A stretch of DNA of 63,820 nt from Candidatus Gottesmanbacteria bacterium (GCA_016182365.1 JACOXO010000018.1:1-63820), one strand, 5' to 3'. Positions 1 to 7,128 are shown, counted from the first letter of the stretch. Made by a program: numbers and translations. The notes: a model not told the origin generated them from the sequence alone.

Positions 1-1004
1 CCGTGTCCTAAGGCTGGCGAATTTAAAGGGCGGAAGCTAAAAGCGCCATCCTGCAAATTCAGTTTTTCAACTGCCTCCCTAAACTCTGCAAATTTATCGC
101 TCTCAACCGGGAAAAGTCCCATAAACACCATTGGTTTAGGCTCTTTATACCCAGGAAGAGGGTGGATATTTTTAGACTCCAAATCAGTTAAGGTATCACC
201 AACTTTAGCATGGTGAATATCTTTAAGACCGGTTGCCACATAACCTACTTCACCTGTTAAAAGCTGGTCAGCCCGTTTAATTTTGGGAGAAAAATAGCCA
301 ACCTCTACAGGAGTAATTATATTCTTAGAAGCCATAAATTTAAGTTTCGAAAGAGGAGTATAAATATATGAACCGTCAACAACTTTAACAAAACAAATTA
401 CACCTCTGTGATGGTCAAAGTATGATGAAAAAACCAGCATTCTTAAAGGCCTGTTATCGTTTTCCCCAGGAGGTGGAATCCTGTTTATAATCTTAGTCAG
501 CAGTAAATCTACATTCTTTCCGGTTTTACCTGATATCTCCACAAATTCCTCATCCTTAAATCCAAAAGCCATTTTCATCTGTTCTTTAGCTTCCTTGATA
601 TTGGCAATTGGAAGATCTATTTTATTTATAACTGGAATCACTTTTAAATTTCTTTTAACAACCTGCTGCATATAGGCCAGAGTCTGAGCCTGTACGCCCT
701 GAGTTGCGTCAACTACCAGGATTACCCCTTCGCAGGCTGCAAGGGAGCGGGATACTTCATAGGAAAAATCAACATGCCCAGGGGTATCTATCAAATTCAA
801 AATATACTCTTTCCATTTCATCCGTACTGGGGCCAGTTTTATAGTAATTCCCCGCTCTTTTTCAATAGGATTGCTATCCAATACCTGCTCAGTCATGTCA
901 CTTTTTGCTATAGTTCCGGTCATCTCCAAAAGCCTATCGGCAAGAGTGGATTTGCCATGATCAACATGTGCTACAATAGCAAAATTACGGATATTTTTGG
1001 TCAT
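1..1004 (-). CDS. lepA: Elongation factor 4 (LepA GTPase), N-terminal ~334 codons; the rest lies beyond the left edge
   Basis: Own translation of the minus strand from the ATG at 1004: MTKNIRNFAIVAHVDHGKSTLADRLLEMTG...LNLIDTPGHVDFSYEVSRSLAACEGVILVVDATQGVQAQT. Contains G1 AHVDHGKST, G3 DTPGH and the LepA-typical SRSLAACEG block. Open to position 1, so it is missing from the ORF track. Confidence 0.9.
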   Translation of the reverse strand, partial: MTKNIRNFAIVAHVDHGKSTLADRLLEMTGTIAKSDMTEQVLDSNPIEKERGITIKLAPVRMKWKEYILNLIDTPGHVDFSYEVSRSLAACEGVILVVDATQGVQAQTLAYMQQVVKRNLKVIPVINKIDLPIANIKEAKEQMKMAFGFKDEEFVEISGKTGKNVDLLLTKIINRIPPPGENDNRPLRMLVFSSYFDHHRGVICFVKVVDGSYIYTPLSKLKFMASKNIITPVEVGYFSPKIKRADQLLTGEVGYVATGLKDIHHAKVGDTLTDLESKNIHPLPGYKEPKPMVFMGLFPVESDKFAEFREAVEKLNLQDGAFSFRPLNSPALGH

Positions 1005-1037
1005 AATATGGATTGTACCATGATATAATTCACTTAG

Positions 1038-1111
1038 GCGCCTGTGGCTCAACTGGATAGAGCGCATCGCTTCGGACGATGAAGTTGCAGGTTCAACTCC
1101 TGCCAGGCGCG
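1038..1111 (+). tRNA. tRNA-Arg (anticodon TCG)
   Basis: Hand-folded cloverleaf. Acceptor GCGCCTG/CAGGCGC; D arm GCTC-AACTGGATA-GAGC; anticodon arm CATCG-CTTCGGA-CGATG; T arm GCAGG-TTCAACT-CCTGC; discriminator G; no encoded CCA. Confidence 0.85.
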
Positions 1112-1113
1112 CA

Positions 1114-1195
1114 ATGGAGGTTTCCCGCAACAAATTTATAATCTTAAGGATTGCGGGACCCCGCAAAATGCGGGGCGATTCCCTCCAGGCGCACA
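1114..1195 (+). repeat. GC-rich multi-hairpin module at the tRNA-Arg 3' flank, followed by a decayed copy of the tRNA 3' end
   Basis: Outer pairing TGGAGG (1115-1120)/CCTCCA (1182-1187). Hairpin TCCCGCAA-N20-TTGCGGGA (1123-1158). Hairpin CCCCGCA-AAA-TGCGGGG (1159-1175). CCAGGCGCGCA (1103-1113, tRNA end) recurs as CCAGGCGCACA (1185-1195). Confidence 0.6.
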
Positions 1196-1201
1196 ACATT
1201 T

Positions 1202-1351
1202 ATGAAAGAAAAACTTCCTATAAAAGTTTCTGAAAACCAATATATTTCATTAAATATGGGTGAAGTTTTTTTTGCAGATCCTTGGAGTTTTTGTGTCTAT
1301 ATTAAAAATAGGCAGATGAAAATTGATTTAAAGATGCCCCTGATTTTGTAA
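1202..1351 (+). CDS. Small hypothetical protein (49 aa) if real
   Basis: ATG-initiated part of track ORF 1151..1351 (MKEKLPIKVSENQYISLNMGEVFF...). The TTG-initiated extension runs through the hairpin module. No recognisable family. Confidence 0.3.
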   Translation: MKEKLPIKVSENQYISLNMGEVFFADPWSFCVYIKNRQMKIDLKMPLIL

Positions 1352-1403
1352 TTAATGCTTGGAAAAAACGGTTGGTAAGGTAAGAGTATAATAAATAACA
1401 TTC

Positions 1404-1823
1404 ATGATTATCCTAAAAGATAAGAATACATACATATTAAGGCTGAAAAGAGGTGAGTATGTTATCAAATCTCTTGAGAAGCTTGCAATAAGGGAGAAAC
1501 TAAAATCTGCATCATTTACGGCAATTGGGGCATTGGATCAGGTTGAACTTGCTCATTATAACGTTGCTAAGAAGAAATATTCCAGTAAGAAGTTTAATTC
1601 TGAGATGGAACTGGTGAACATGACCGGTAATATTTCCTGGTATGATGGAAAACCGCTAGTTCATGCTCATGCTTCATTATCAAATCCTGATATGAGTGTA
1701 GTTGGAGGCCATTTTGTTGAAGGAAGAGTGTCGGGGACATGTGAAATCAGTTTAAATGTTCTTGGGAATCGAATTGAAAAACAGTATGATCCAGAGACTG
1801 GCTTGAAGTTGATGGTTCCTTAA
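1404..1823 (+). CDS. PPC / DUF296 domain protein
   Basis: 139 aa. ILRLKRGEYVIKSLEKLA...FTAIGALDQVEL...MELVNMTGNIS...LVHAHASLS...VVGGHFVEGRVSGTCEISL matches the DUF296 (PPC) fold pattern. Confidence 0.7.
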   Translation: MIILKDKNTYILRLKRGEYVIKSLEKLAIREKLKSASFTAIGALDQVELAHYNVAKKKYSSKKFNSEMELVNMTGNISWYDGKPLVHAHASLSNPDMSVVGGHFVEGRVSGTCEISLNVLGNRIEKQYDPETGLKLMVP

Positions 1824-2472
1824 TTTTTAATGTATCGGGAGAATTTAGACAACCAGGTACGTGGGCATTTATCCCATCACAACATCTATATTCTTTTATA
1901 ATTCTAACTGTATTGTCGGTTTTTTCTATAATAGAAATATTATATTGTGAGTCTTCAGGTTCTTCATTTTTCAGTTTTTCAATTTCAAAAGGCAGGTCCC
2001 GTTCAAGTTTAAGCTCATTTTTTGCTGTTTGTATGATCTGGATTAAACCATTTTTATCAACACTGCCAACAGAAGCTAAAATTTCAGCGCACTTATCTAA
2101 CAGATCATATCCAAAATGAGCAAGAATAAATTTAGCTCTCATTTCTGCTGCAAAAAGTGTTGACTGGTCGCCGCCAATTAAATAGGTTAAAACTTGTGCC
2201 TGGTAGTTATCACCGGCTAAACCCTGGGGAGTATAACGTGTCGGCTCCGAAACCCTGCTTGCCATCAAAGCCGACAAAAATCCTAAAGTATTATTCTCTA
2301 CACTTCCTGCGTAGAAACGGGTAACACCTCTATATTCTGAGGTGGGAATTACACTGACTTCCTTAATATTTATTCCTTCAAACATAGCTACAACGGCATG
2401 CTGCAACTCATGGCGGGCGACATTTTTAATTTCTGGTGATACAAACCTTTCACCAGCTAATCTCTCCATCAT
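1747..2472 (-). CDS. Stand-alone FtsH-like (M41-type) zinc metallopeptidase domain protein
   Basis: 241 aa. VARHELQHAVVAMFEGINIKEVSVIPTSEYRGVT resembles the FtsH protease block (HExxH followed by an IIPRG-like strand). No AAA+ motifs or TM segment. 3' end overlaps the convergent gene by 77 nt. Confidence 0.55.
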   Translation of the reverse strand: MMERLAGERFVSPEIKNVARHELQHAVVAMFEGINIKEVSVIPTSEYRGVTRFYAGSVENNTLGFLSALMASRVSEPTRYTPQGLAGDNYQAQVLTYLIGGDQSTLFAAEMRAKFILAHFGYDLLDKCAEILASVGSVDKNGLIQIIQTAKNELKLERDLPFEIEKLKNEEPEDSQYNISIIEKTDNTVRIIKEYRCCDGINAHVPGCLNSPDTLKIKEPSTSSQSLDHTVFQFDSQEHLN

Positions 2473-2542
2473 TTTATTTGTATGATAATTTCATACAATT
2501 ATACCATTTGATAATAAATAAATAACGTTCTAATATAGTCCT

Positions 2543-3190
2543 ATGAACCTTAGTGGAAAAATTGCTTCGGATCAGGTTATAAAGTTAAAGTTTTCTATAA
2601 GTGGTACGGTTTCCTCTGTCAACACAACTACCGGCAAATCAGTTAAAAAAGGAGAACTTCTGGCTTCTTTAAATCAGAAAGAACTTCAGGCGTATTTGGA
2701 CAGGTCTTTGAAATATTATGATTCTCAAAGGGCAGAGTTTGAGGAGAAGCAGAAAAAGGGAATAGGGGATTTTGAAAGAATAAAAATTCAAAGTGAGTTA
2801 GATATATCAGTTAAAAATGTTGAGATTGCAAAGACCAATCTTGAGGCGACTAATCTTTATTCTCCAATTAATGGAATTGTAGTTGAAATGGACCCGATAG
2901 CACCGGGAGTAAATATTGCCCCAACGAATTTCGTAATAACTGTTTTAAATCCTGATTCATATTATTTTGATGCAGAAGTTAAGGAGGAGAATTTAAATGA
3001 CCTTAAGGTCGATGATTATGCCGAAATTTCATTAAAAGCTTTTAAAGATAAAGTCTATAAAGGCAGGGTTGCTGCAATCGGCATTACACCTTCAAAAGAT
3101 GGAATTTATCCTGTTAAAATTGTCCTAGAGGAAAAAACTGATCTGAGGCTTGGTTTATCAGGTACAGTTGAGCTAAAACAATCAGTGTAA
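2543..3190 (+). CDS. HlyD-family periplasmic adaptor-like protein (no N-terminal anchor)
   Basis: 215 aa. Lipoyl-like GTVSSVNTTTGKSVKKGELLASL, a coiled-coil stretch, LYSPINGIVVEMD, and beta-barrel YKGRVAAIGITPS. Confidence 0.6.
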   Translation: MNLSGKIASDQVIKLKFSISGTVSSVNTTTGKSVKKGELLASLNQKELQAYLDRSLKYYDSQRAEFEEKQKKGIGDFERIKIQSELDISVKNVEIAKTNLEATNLYSPINGIVVEMDPIAPGVNIAPTNFVITVLNPDSYYFDAEVKEENLNDLKVDDYAEISLKAFKDKVYKGRVAAIGITPSKDGIYPVKIVLEEKTDLRLGLSGTVELKQSV

Positions 3191-3937
3191 CTCTAAATCT
3201 AATATATCTCCTGTTTTTATGGAATAATGTTTAGCTGCGTTGCCTAAATTAACAGCAAGCTCAAGAGTTCCACTGCTTCCCAATAAAGCAAGAGGTTCTC
3301 CTTTAGCTACATCGGCGAAAGTTCTTACAACCCGGACAGTTGCAATTTTTTCAGAGTTTTTTGAAAAAGTCAGCGATTTTCCCTCTTTAAAACCATTCTT
3401 TGCATAAATTTTTAAGTTCCCATAGCTGTCTGTATGAACAACTTGCCCCTGGATAAAGGATAATTTTGTAATTTTATTCGCATCTATCAAAGATGAACCA
3501 AAATCCTCGGGTAATTTTCTCTGAGCCAGATAAATACCTGCTTTTATAAACACGTCTCTCCCGTGGAATGTTGTTGAAATACGTGAATTTACTTTGTTCT
3601 CGTTTATCTTCCATATTTTCTTAATCCCGTCGTTTATAGCTGCTGGATACAAAAGACCATTGTCAGGTCCTACAAACCAAAACTTATTAGATCGTATGAC
3701 TATCCCGGATCTTTGGCTTCCAACCCCAGGATCAATAACACCAATATGTACAGTGTTAACAGGAGAGAATTTAGTCAAGGTAAGTATCTGAAAAGCACCT
3801 TCTGTGATGGAAAAGTCGGTTACATCATGGTTCTCAATGACCTGACCGTCAAAGTTCTCCGAAGCAAGCACAGCTTTAAGCTGTGCTGCTGCAAAACTGT
3901 CGCCAAAATCAGTCGTTATTGTAATTGTTGGTTTCAT
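3182..3937 (-). CDS. SAM hydroxide adenosyltransferase / SAM-dependent chlorinase-fluorinase family (DUF62) protein
   Basis: 251 aa. ITITTDFGDSFAAAQLKAV...HIGVIDPGVGSQRSGIVIR...FVGPDNGLL are signature blocks of the DUF62 family. Confidence 0.8.
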   Translation of the reverse strand: MKPTITITTDFGDSFAAAQLKAVLASENFDGQVIENHDVTDFSITEGAFQILTLTKFSPVNTVHIGVIDPGVGSQRSGIVIRSNKFWFVGPDNGLLYPAAINDGIKKIWKINENKVNSRISTTFHGRDVFIKAGIYLAQRKLPEDFGSSLIDANKITKLSFIQGQVVHTDSYGNLKIYAKNGFKEGKSLTFSKNSEKIATVRVVRTFADVAKGEPLALLGSSGTLELAVNLGNAAKHYSIKTGDILDLELH

Positions 3938-3998
3938 AGTAAATCCCGCGGAGCGGGATTGATGGTTTCTAAATTCGCTTCGCTCATTAAGTAACCAT

Positions 3999-4022
3999 CA
4001 AAAAACCTCCTTGCGGAGGTTT
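3999..4022 (-). terminator. Intrinsic terminator (attenuator) AAACCTCC-GCAA-GGAGGTTT followed by T6
   Basis: Perfect 8-bp stem plus a U-tract, read on the minus strand. Lies between the leader ORF and the DUF62 gene. Confidence 0.7.
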
Positions 4023-4046
4023 AAAAAGTATAAATAAACCTCCGAC

Positions 4047-4094
4047 TCAAACGGCAACCATTGCCATTGTGGAGGTTTTAAGAGTTTGTTTCAT
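4047..4094 (-). CDS. Candidate leader peptide MKQTLKTSTMAMVAV (15 aa)
   Basis: ATG 7 nt after the -10 box. The stop TGA lies 4 nt before segment 2 (GGAGGTTT). Met codons 10 and 12 lie just downstream of segment 1. Confidence 0.45.
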   Translation of the reverse strand: MKQTLKTSTMAMVAV

Positions 4095-4145
4095 TTAATT
4101 TATTATACCTGAATGTATAATCATTGCAAGTGATATAATTATTTT

Positions 4146-4499
4146 ATGGAGTCAGTAAAAAATCCACAGGCTTATCAGGCTTTGTTGACAATAAACGAGC
4201 AGGAAGCTTCGCTTAAAGCCCGAAGCGGTTATCTCAAAGCCTATATCTTAAGTTTTTTTGTACCGCCTATTGGTGTCTATTATTTTATTAAATATTTTTT
4301 TATCGCAGACTCCAGTTATGGAAACCGTAAAGCTGCATTTTTATCTCTTGTCATAACAGCAACATCACTCCTTTTAAATATTTGGTTATTTAATCTATTT
4401 TTTAGCCAGTTTGCAGCAAAAGACAGTGTAAATGAGCAGTTTATTCAGGATCTTATAACTCCTGCCAACCAGAAAGAACTCCAGCAGTTATTTGAGTAA
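4146..4499 (+). CDS. Hypothetical membrane protein
   Basis: 117 aa with two hydrophobic segments ([20 protein letters not shown]; [24 protein letters not shown]). TGaTATAAT ends 6 nt before the ATG. Confidence 0.55.
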   Translation: MESVKNPQAYQALLTINEQEASLKARSGYLKAYILSFFVPPIGVYYFIKYFFIADSSYGNRKAAFLSLVITATSLLLNIWLFNLFFSQFAAKDSVNEQFIQDLITPANQKELQQLFE

Positions 4500-4539
4500 A
4501 TATCTCTTAATGTGTTATATTTTTATTAGGAACTCATTT

Positions 4540-5043
4540 ATGAGTAATAAATGGTATCTTACGGTTACGTTTAAAATCACAACTATACTTCTACTTATTA
4601 TATTTATAATAAAAATATCAGATGTATATGCTGCAAAACCAACACCTACACCAACAAATACTCCAATCCCAACACCAACATCAACACCTACATTAACTCC
4701 TACTCCGACGCTTACTCCAATTCCTATACCTACCAATACTCCTGCTCCTTCTGCGACTCTGACACCTATTCCGACCCTAATTCCTACAGATACCCCTATA
4801 CCAACAACTGCTCCTACTTTTACTCCAATACCTCTGGATACGCCAACTGTTACTCCTCAATCTTGCATAAAGTTAACAAATGGTGATGCGAATTGTGATA
4901 ATTTGATTAATCTGGATGATTTTATAATTTGGAAAACTGAGTTTATTTATCAACCTGCAACTCCAACTGCAGATTTTGATGGTAATGGTGTAGGGATGAG
5001 CGATTTTAACGTCTGGCAAAACGGTTTTATTAATAATCCTTGA
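4540..5043 (+). CDS. Secreted Pro/Thr-rich protein with a C-terminal dockerin-like module
   Basis: Preferred start is the ATG at 4540 (MSNKWYL..), giving a signal peptide ending VYA-AK; the track starts at a TTG at 4492. About 90 aa of (P-T-x) repeats. Then [18 protein letters not shown] and [16 protein letters not shown], two EF-hand-like dockerin repeats. Confidence 0.7.
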   Translation: MSNKWYLTVTFKITTILLLIIFIIKISDVYAAKPTPTPTNTPIPTPTSTPTLTPTPTLTPIPIPTNTPAPSATLTPIPTLIPTDTPIPTTAPTFTPIPLDTPTVTPQSCIKLTNGDANCDNLINLDDFIIWKTEFIYQPATPTADFDGNGVGMSDFNVWQNGFINNP

Positions 5044-5066
5044 AATAGACTGATATAATATAATCA

Positions 5067-5513
5067 ATGGTAGTCTCAGTAGAAAATCTAAGACACATAA
5101 ACGCTTTAAAAAATGAAGTAGTTTCTATTTGTTCTTATCAGGATCATATAATAAGTCTGGTATCTCTTCTCTACCCGGAAAATAAAAAAACGCATGTATC
5201 ATTCAACCCTAATGGAAATTCAATCAAGGTAATTAGAAATAGTGACGAGGACACCATGGAAAATTCATTTCAGTCTGAAGACAAGCTTATAGTAACTAGA
5301 ATTACTCGTAAACCTAACACTGTAGTGACTTATTTAGATATACAAGATGGGAGTGAATCTAAAAAAAGATACGAGTTTTCTGCCGACGGAACTTATATTA
5401 AAACTGAAACTGTAGGCGATGATTCTAAACCTGGCGAAATGGATCTTGCAGAAGCAAGAAAAATAAATGAAACGCTTTCATCTATTTTGGCAACTTTCCA
5501 GATTCACAATTAG
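5067..5513 (+). CDS. Hypothetical protein
   Basis: 148-aa ORF. TGaTATAAT ends 7 nt before the ATG. No recognisable motif. Confidence 0.5.
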   Translation: MVVSVENLRHINALKNEVVSICSYQDHIISLVSLLYPENKKTHVSFNPNGNSIKVIRNSDEDTMENSFQSEDKLIVTRITRKPNTVVTYLDIQDGSESKKRYEFSADGTYIKTETVGDDSKPGEMDLAEARKINETLSSILATFQIHN

Positions 5514-5515
5514 CA

Positions 5516-5984
5516 TTATTTAACTACCTCAGTTAATAACTCAGGGAATTGATTTGTTCCCATAGTGAAAATAAGAAAATGACCTTTATTTTCTAATTTA
5601 ATAACTTTTGGTTTTAAAGCTGAATTCATATAAACCCTTCCTTGTATCGTTTTCTGTCTCAGGAATTTTGACTGGTGCAACAAGTACTAATTTTTTAACT
5701 TTTTTGCCGCTTTCTAATAAATAACGGACTAAGAAAGCCGCCCCACAACTATGACCTACGAGAACAGAGTTTTCTGTAATCGGATACTTTTCAAACTCAC
5801 TTTTCCACTTTGAATAAATAGGATTCCAAGGAGTTGGCATATCAAGAGCATATGCTTTATAACCAAGTATTTTTAATTCCGTTTCCAGCCAATTCATCCA
5901 CCGATCTTTTTTGGGAATAATCCTATCAGCAGAGGCAGGACAACCATGAATTATTAAACATATATCGAATTTATTCTTGTTCAT
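5516..5984 (-). pseudogene. YdeN/RBBP9-family serine hydrolase, apparently frameshifted
   Basis: Track ORF 5598..5984 carries IIHGCPA and the nucleophile elbow GHSCGA, then stops after ...ENDTRKGLYEFSFKTKSY. The family's C-terminal block (GRVYMNSALKPKVIKLENKGHFLIFTMGTNQFPELLTEVVK, catalytic His in GHF) continues in the +1 frame to a stop at 5516-5518. Confidence 0.55.
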
Positions 5985-6184
5985 TGTGATCCCGATGAAC
6001 TTTGTTTCAAACGCCTTCTAACTCGGGTTCATAAATTAATACTTGCATATCCCATAAAAGAAAATAGCAGCTTTTACCTCCACTTTTTTACATATATGCA
6101 CTGGATGTTAGCTTTAAACTAACTTACAGTTTAAATATAAAAGGTTATATAAAATTTGTCATGTCCTTCTTTAATTAAACAAAA

Positions 6185-6240
6185 GCCAAGGGGACTCGAA
6201 CCCACATCCACCTACTTAATAGGAAGATGCCCCGCCTGCA
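6185..6240 (-). pseudogene. 5'-truncated, decayed tRNA-Lys-like 3' fragment
   Basis: Minus strand: GGGGCATCTTCCTATTAAGTAGGTGGATGTGGGTTCGAGTCCCCTTGGC aligns with the anticodon-to-T-arm part of the adjacent tRNA-Lys. No matching 5' acceptor or D arm. Confidence 0.5.
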
Positions 6241-6250
6241 AAAGCTGATG

Positions 6251-6312
6251 TGAGCTCGGAGAGACTCGAACCCACAACCACTCCCGACTAAGTCGGGAAT
6301 GCTCTACCAATG
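6251..6312 (-). pseudogene. 5'-truncated tRNA-like fragment (D-loop to T-arm) abutting the 3' end of tRNA-Lys
   Basis: Minus strand: TGGTAGAGCATTCCCGACTTAGTCGGGAGTGGTTGTGGGTTCGAGTCTC... No 5' acceptor. Anticodon region is aberrant: 6-bp stem TCCCGA/TCGGGA with a 5-nt loop. Confidence 0.5.
6271..6309. repeat. 39-bp perfect direct repeat, copy 1 (copy 2 at 6637-6675)
   Basis: CCCACAACCACTCCCGACTAAGTCGGGAATGCTCTACCA occurs at both positions. The two copies bracket tRNA-Lys plus the GIY-YIG gene. Confidence 0.85.
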
Positions 6313-6385
6313 TGAGTCTGATGGGACTCGAACCCACAACCACCTCCTTAAGAGGGAGATGCTCTACCAGTTGAGCTACAGACCC
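6313..6385 (-). tRNA. tRNA-Lys (anticodon CTT)
   Basis: Minus strand: GGGTCTG-TA-GCTC-AACTGGTA-GAGC-A-TCTCC-CTCTTAA-GGAGG-TGGTT-GTGGG-TTCGAGT-CCCAT-CAGACTC-A. Complete cloverleaf with G-U pairs at 2:71 and 49:65. Confidence 0.8.
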
Positions 6386-6395
6386 TTATTGTTAT
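6359..6395. repeat. 37-bp perfect direct repeat, copy 1 (copy 2 at 6665-6701)
   Basis: ATGCTCTACCAGTTGAGCTACAGACCCTTATTGTTAT occurs at both positions. It covers the tRNA 5' half plus upstream flank (10 nt, 6386-6395). The two copies bracket the GIY-YIG ORF. Confidence 0.85.
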
Positions 6396-6630
6396 CTATA
6401 TACCACTCTAAATATCTTTTATTTTTTGCCTTCTTTAATCGAGTTTCTTCTTTTCTTGCATCATGAGAATTGTTATATTCTTTGCTGAATATTAATTTCC
6501 ATATACCCGGTATTTTACCTGTATAATGATTGTGTTTTCCATTATGTTCTTCTAATCTTCTCTTAATATTATTAGTAATCCCTATATAATAAACGTTCGT
6601 GTCCTTATTCTTAAGAATATATAGAAACAT
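6376..6630 (-). CDS. GIY-YIG nuclease domain protein (UPF0213/YhbQ-like)
   Basis: 84 aa. MFLYILKNKDTNVYYIGITNNIKRRLEEHN...ARKEETRLKK carries the GIY..YIG, R and E-H-N blocks. The last 10 nt including the stop overlap the 5' end of tRNA-Lys. Confidence 0.8.
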   Translation of the reverse strand: MFLYILKNKDTNVYYIGITNNIKRRLEEHNGKHNHYTGKIPGIWKLIFSKEYNNSHDARKEETRLKKAKNKRYLEWYIDNNKGL

Positions 6631-6636
6631 AGATTA

Positions 6637-6690
6637 CCCACAACCACTCCCGACTAAGTCGGGAATGCTCTACCAGTTGAGCTACAGACC
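6637..6690 (-). pseudogene. 3'-truncated tRNA-like fragment (acceptor 5' strand to T-stem 5' strand)
   Basis: Minus strand: GGGTCTGTAGCTCAACTGGTAGAGCATTCCCGACTTAGTCGGGAGTGGTTGTGGG, then unrelated sequence. The 5' half is identical to tRNA-Lys. The middle is identical to fragment 6251-6312. Confidence 0.55.
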
Positions 6691-6798
6691 CTTATTGTTA
6701 TTATAGCTAAATTCGCAGTTAACCTCAATCCAAGTAACCCCTACCACACCCTTGACCAAGATGGTAATATTCTTATTAGTATTAATTATTATATAAAT

Positions 6799-7128
6799 AT
6801 GAGCAAAGGTCCTGAAAGTAATACATTTTTAACTTTTATAAATGGTAATACCGGTAATATAGATTTACAAGCAGATTACAAAACCCGATTAGAACAACTT
6901 CCAGCTAGAGAAATCGTAGATATTGTCGAAGATGGTCAGCAACAATTAGAATTATCGGTTGAACCTGATGTAAGAGTCACAATAGAAGCAGCATTTCATA
7001 CTGTAAAAAGTAAGGCTGGCAACGTATTAGAAAGACATGTATTACAGCCACAGGTAAAAACTCAAACTGATCTTTTAACCTCGGCTAGAAAATTAGTTCA
7101 TCCCAGCGTTAGAAGAAATGGTGTATAA
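6799..7128 (+). CDS. Hypothetical protein
   Basis: 109-aa ORF with no recognisable motif. Overlaps the convergent gene by 36 nt. Confidence 0.4.
   Translation: MSKGPESNTFLTFINGNTGNIDLQADYKTRLEQLPAREIVDIVEDGQQQLELSVEPDVRVTIEAAFHTVKSKAGNVLERHVLQPQVKTQTDLLTSARKLVHPSVRRNGV

Larger units (their letters stand above)
3938..4129 (-). promoter_or_regulatory. Leader region of the DUF62 gene: promoter, 15-codon leader ORF, alternative CCTCC/GGAGG helices, intrinsic terminator, two further hairpins
   Basis: On the minus strand: TTGCAA (4124-4129), 16-nt spacer, TATAAT (4102-4107), 7 nt, ATG (4094). Segments: AAACCTCC (1), GGAGGTTT (2), AAACCTCC (3), GGAGGTTTTTT (4). Hairpin ATGGTT..AACCAT (3962-3998). 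Hairpin AATCCCGC-NNN-GCGGGATT (3942-3960) ends 4 nt before the start codon. Confidence 0.6.

Noticed and set aside
4515-4736. GVGVG-rich ORF 4515..4736 (-)
   Set aside because: It is the antisense reading of the Pro/Thr repeat DNA. The sense frame has a signal peptide and a dockerin.
6251-6312. Suppressor or unusual-anticodon tRNA (loop ACTTAGT could be read as anticodon TTA)
   Set aside because: The fragment lacks a 5' acceptor strand and D stem. It has C at position 33 and two extra nucleotides, and its T stem and acceptor do not pair. It is a pseudogene fragment, not evidence for stop-codon recoding.
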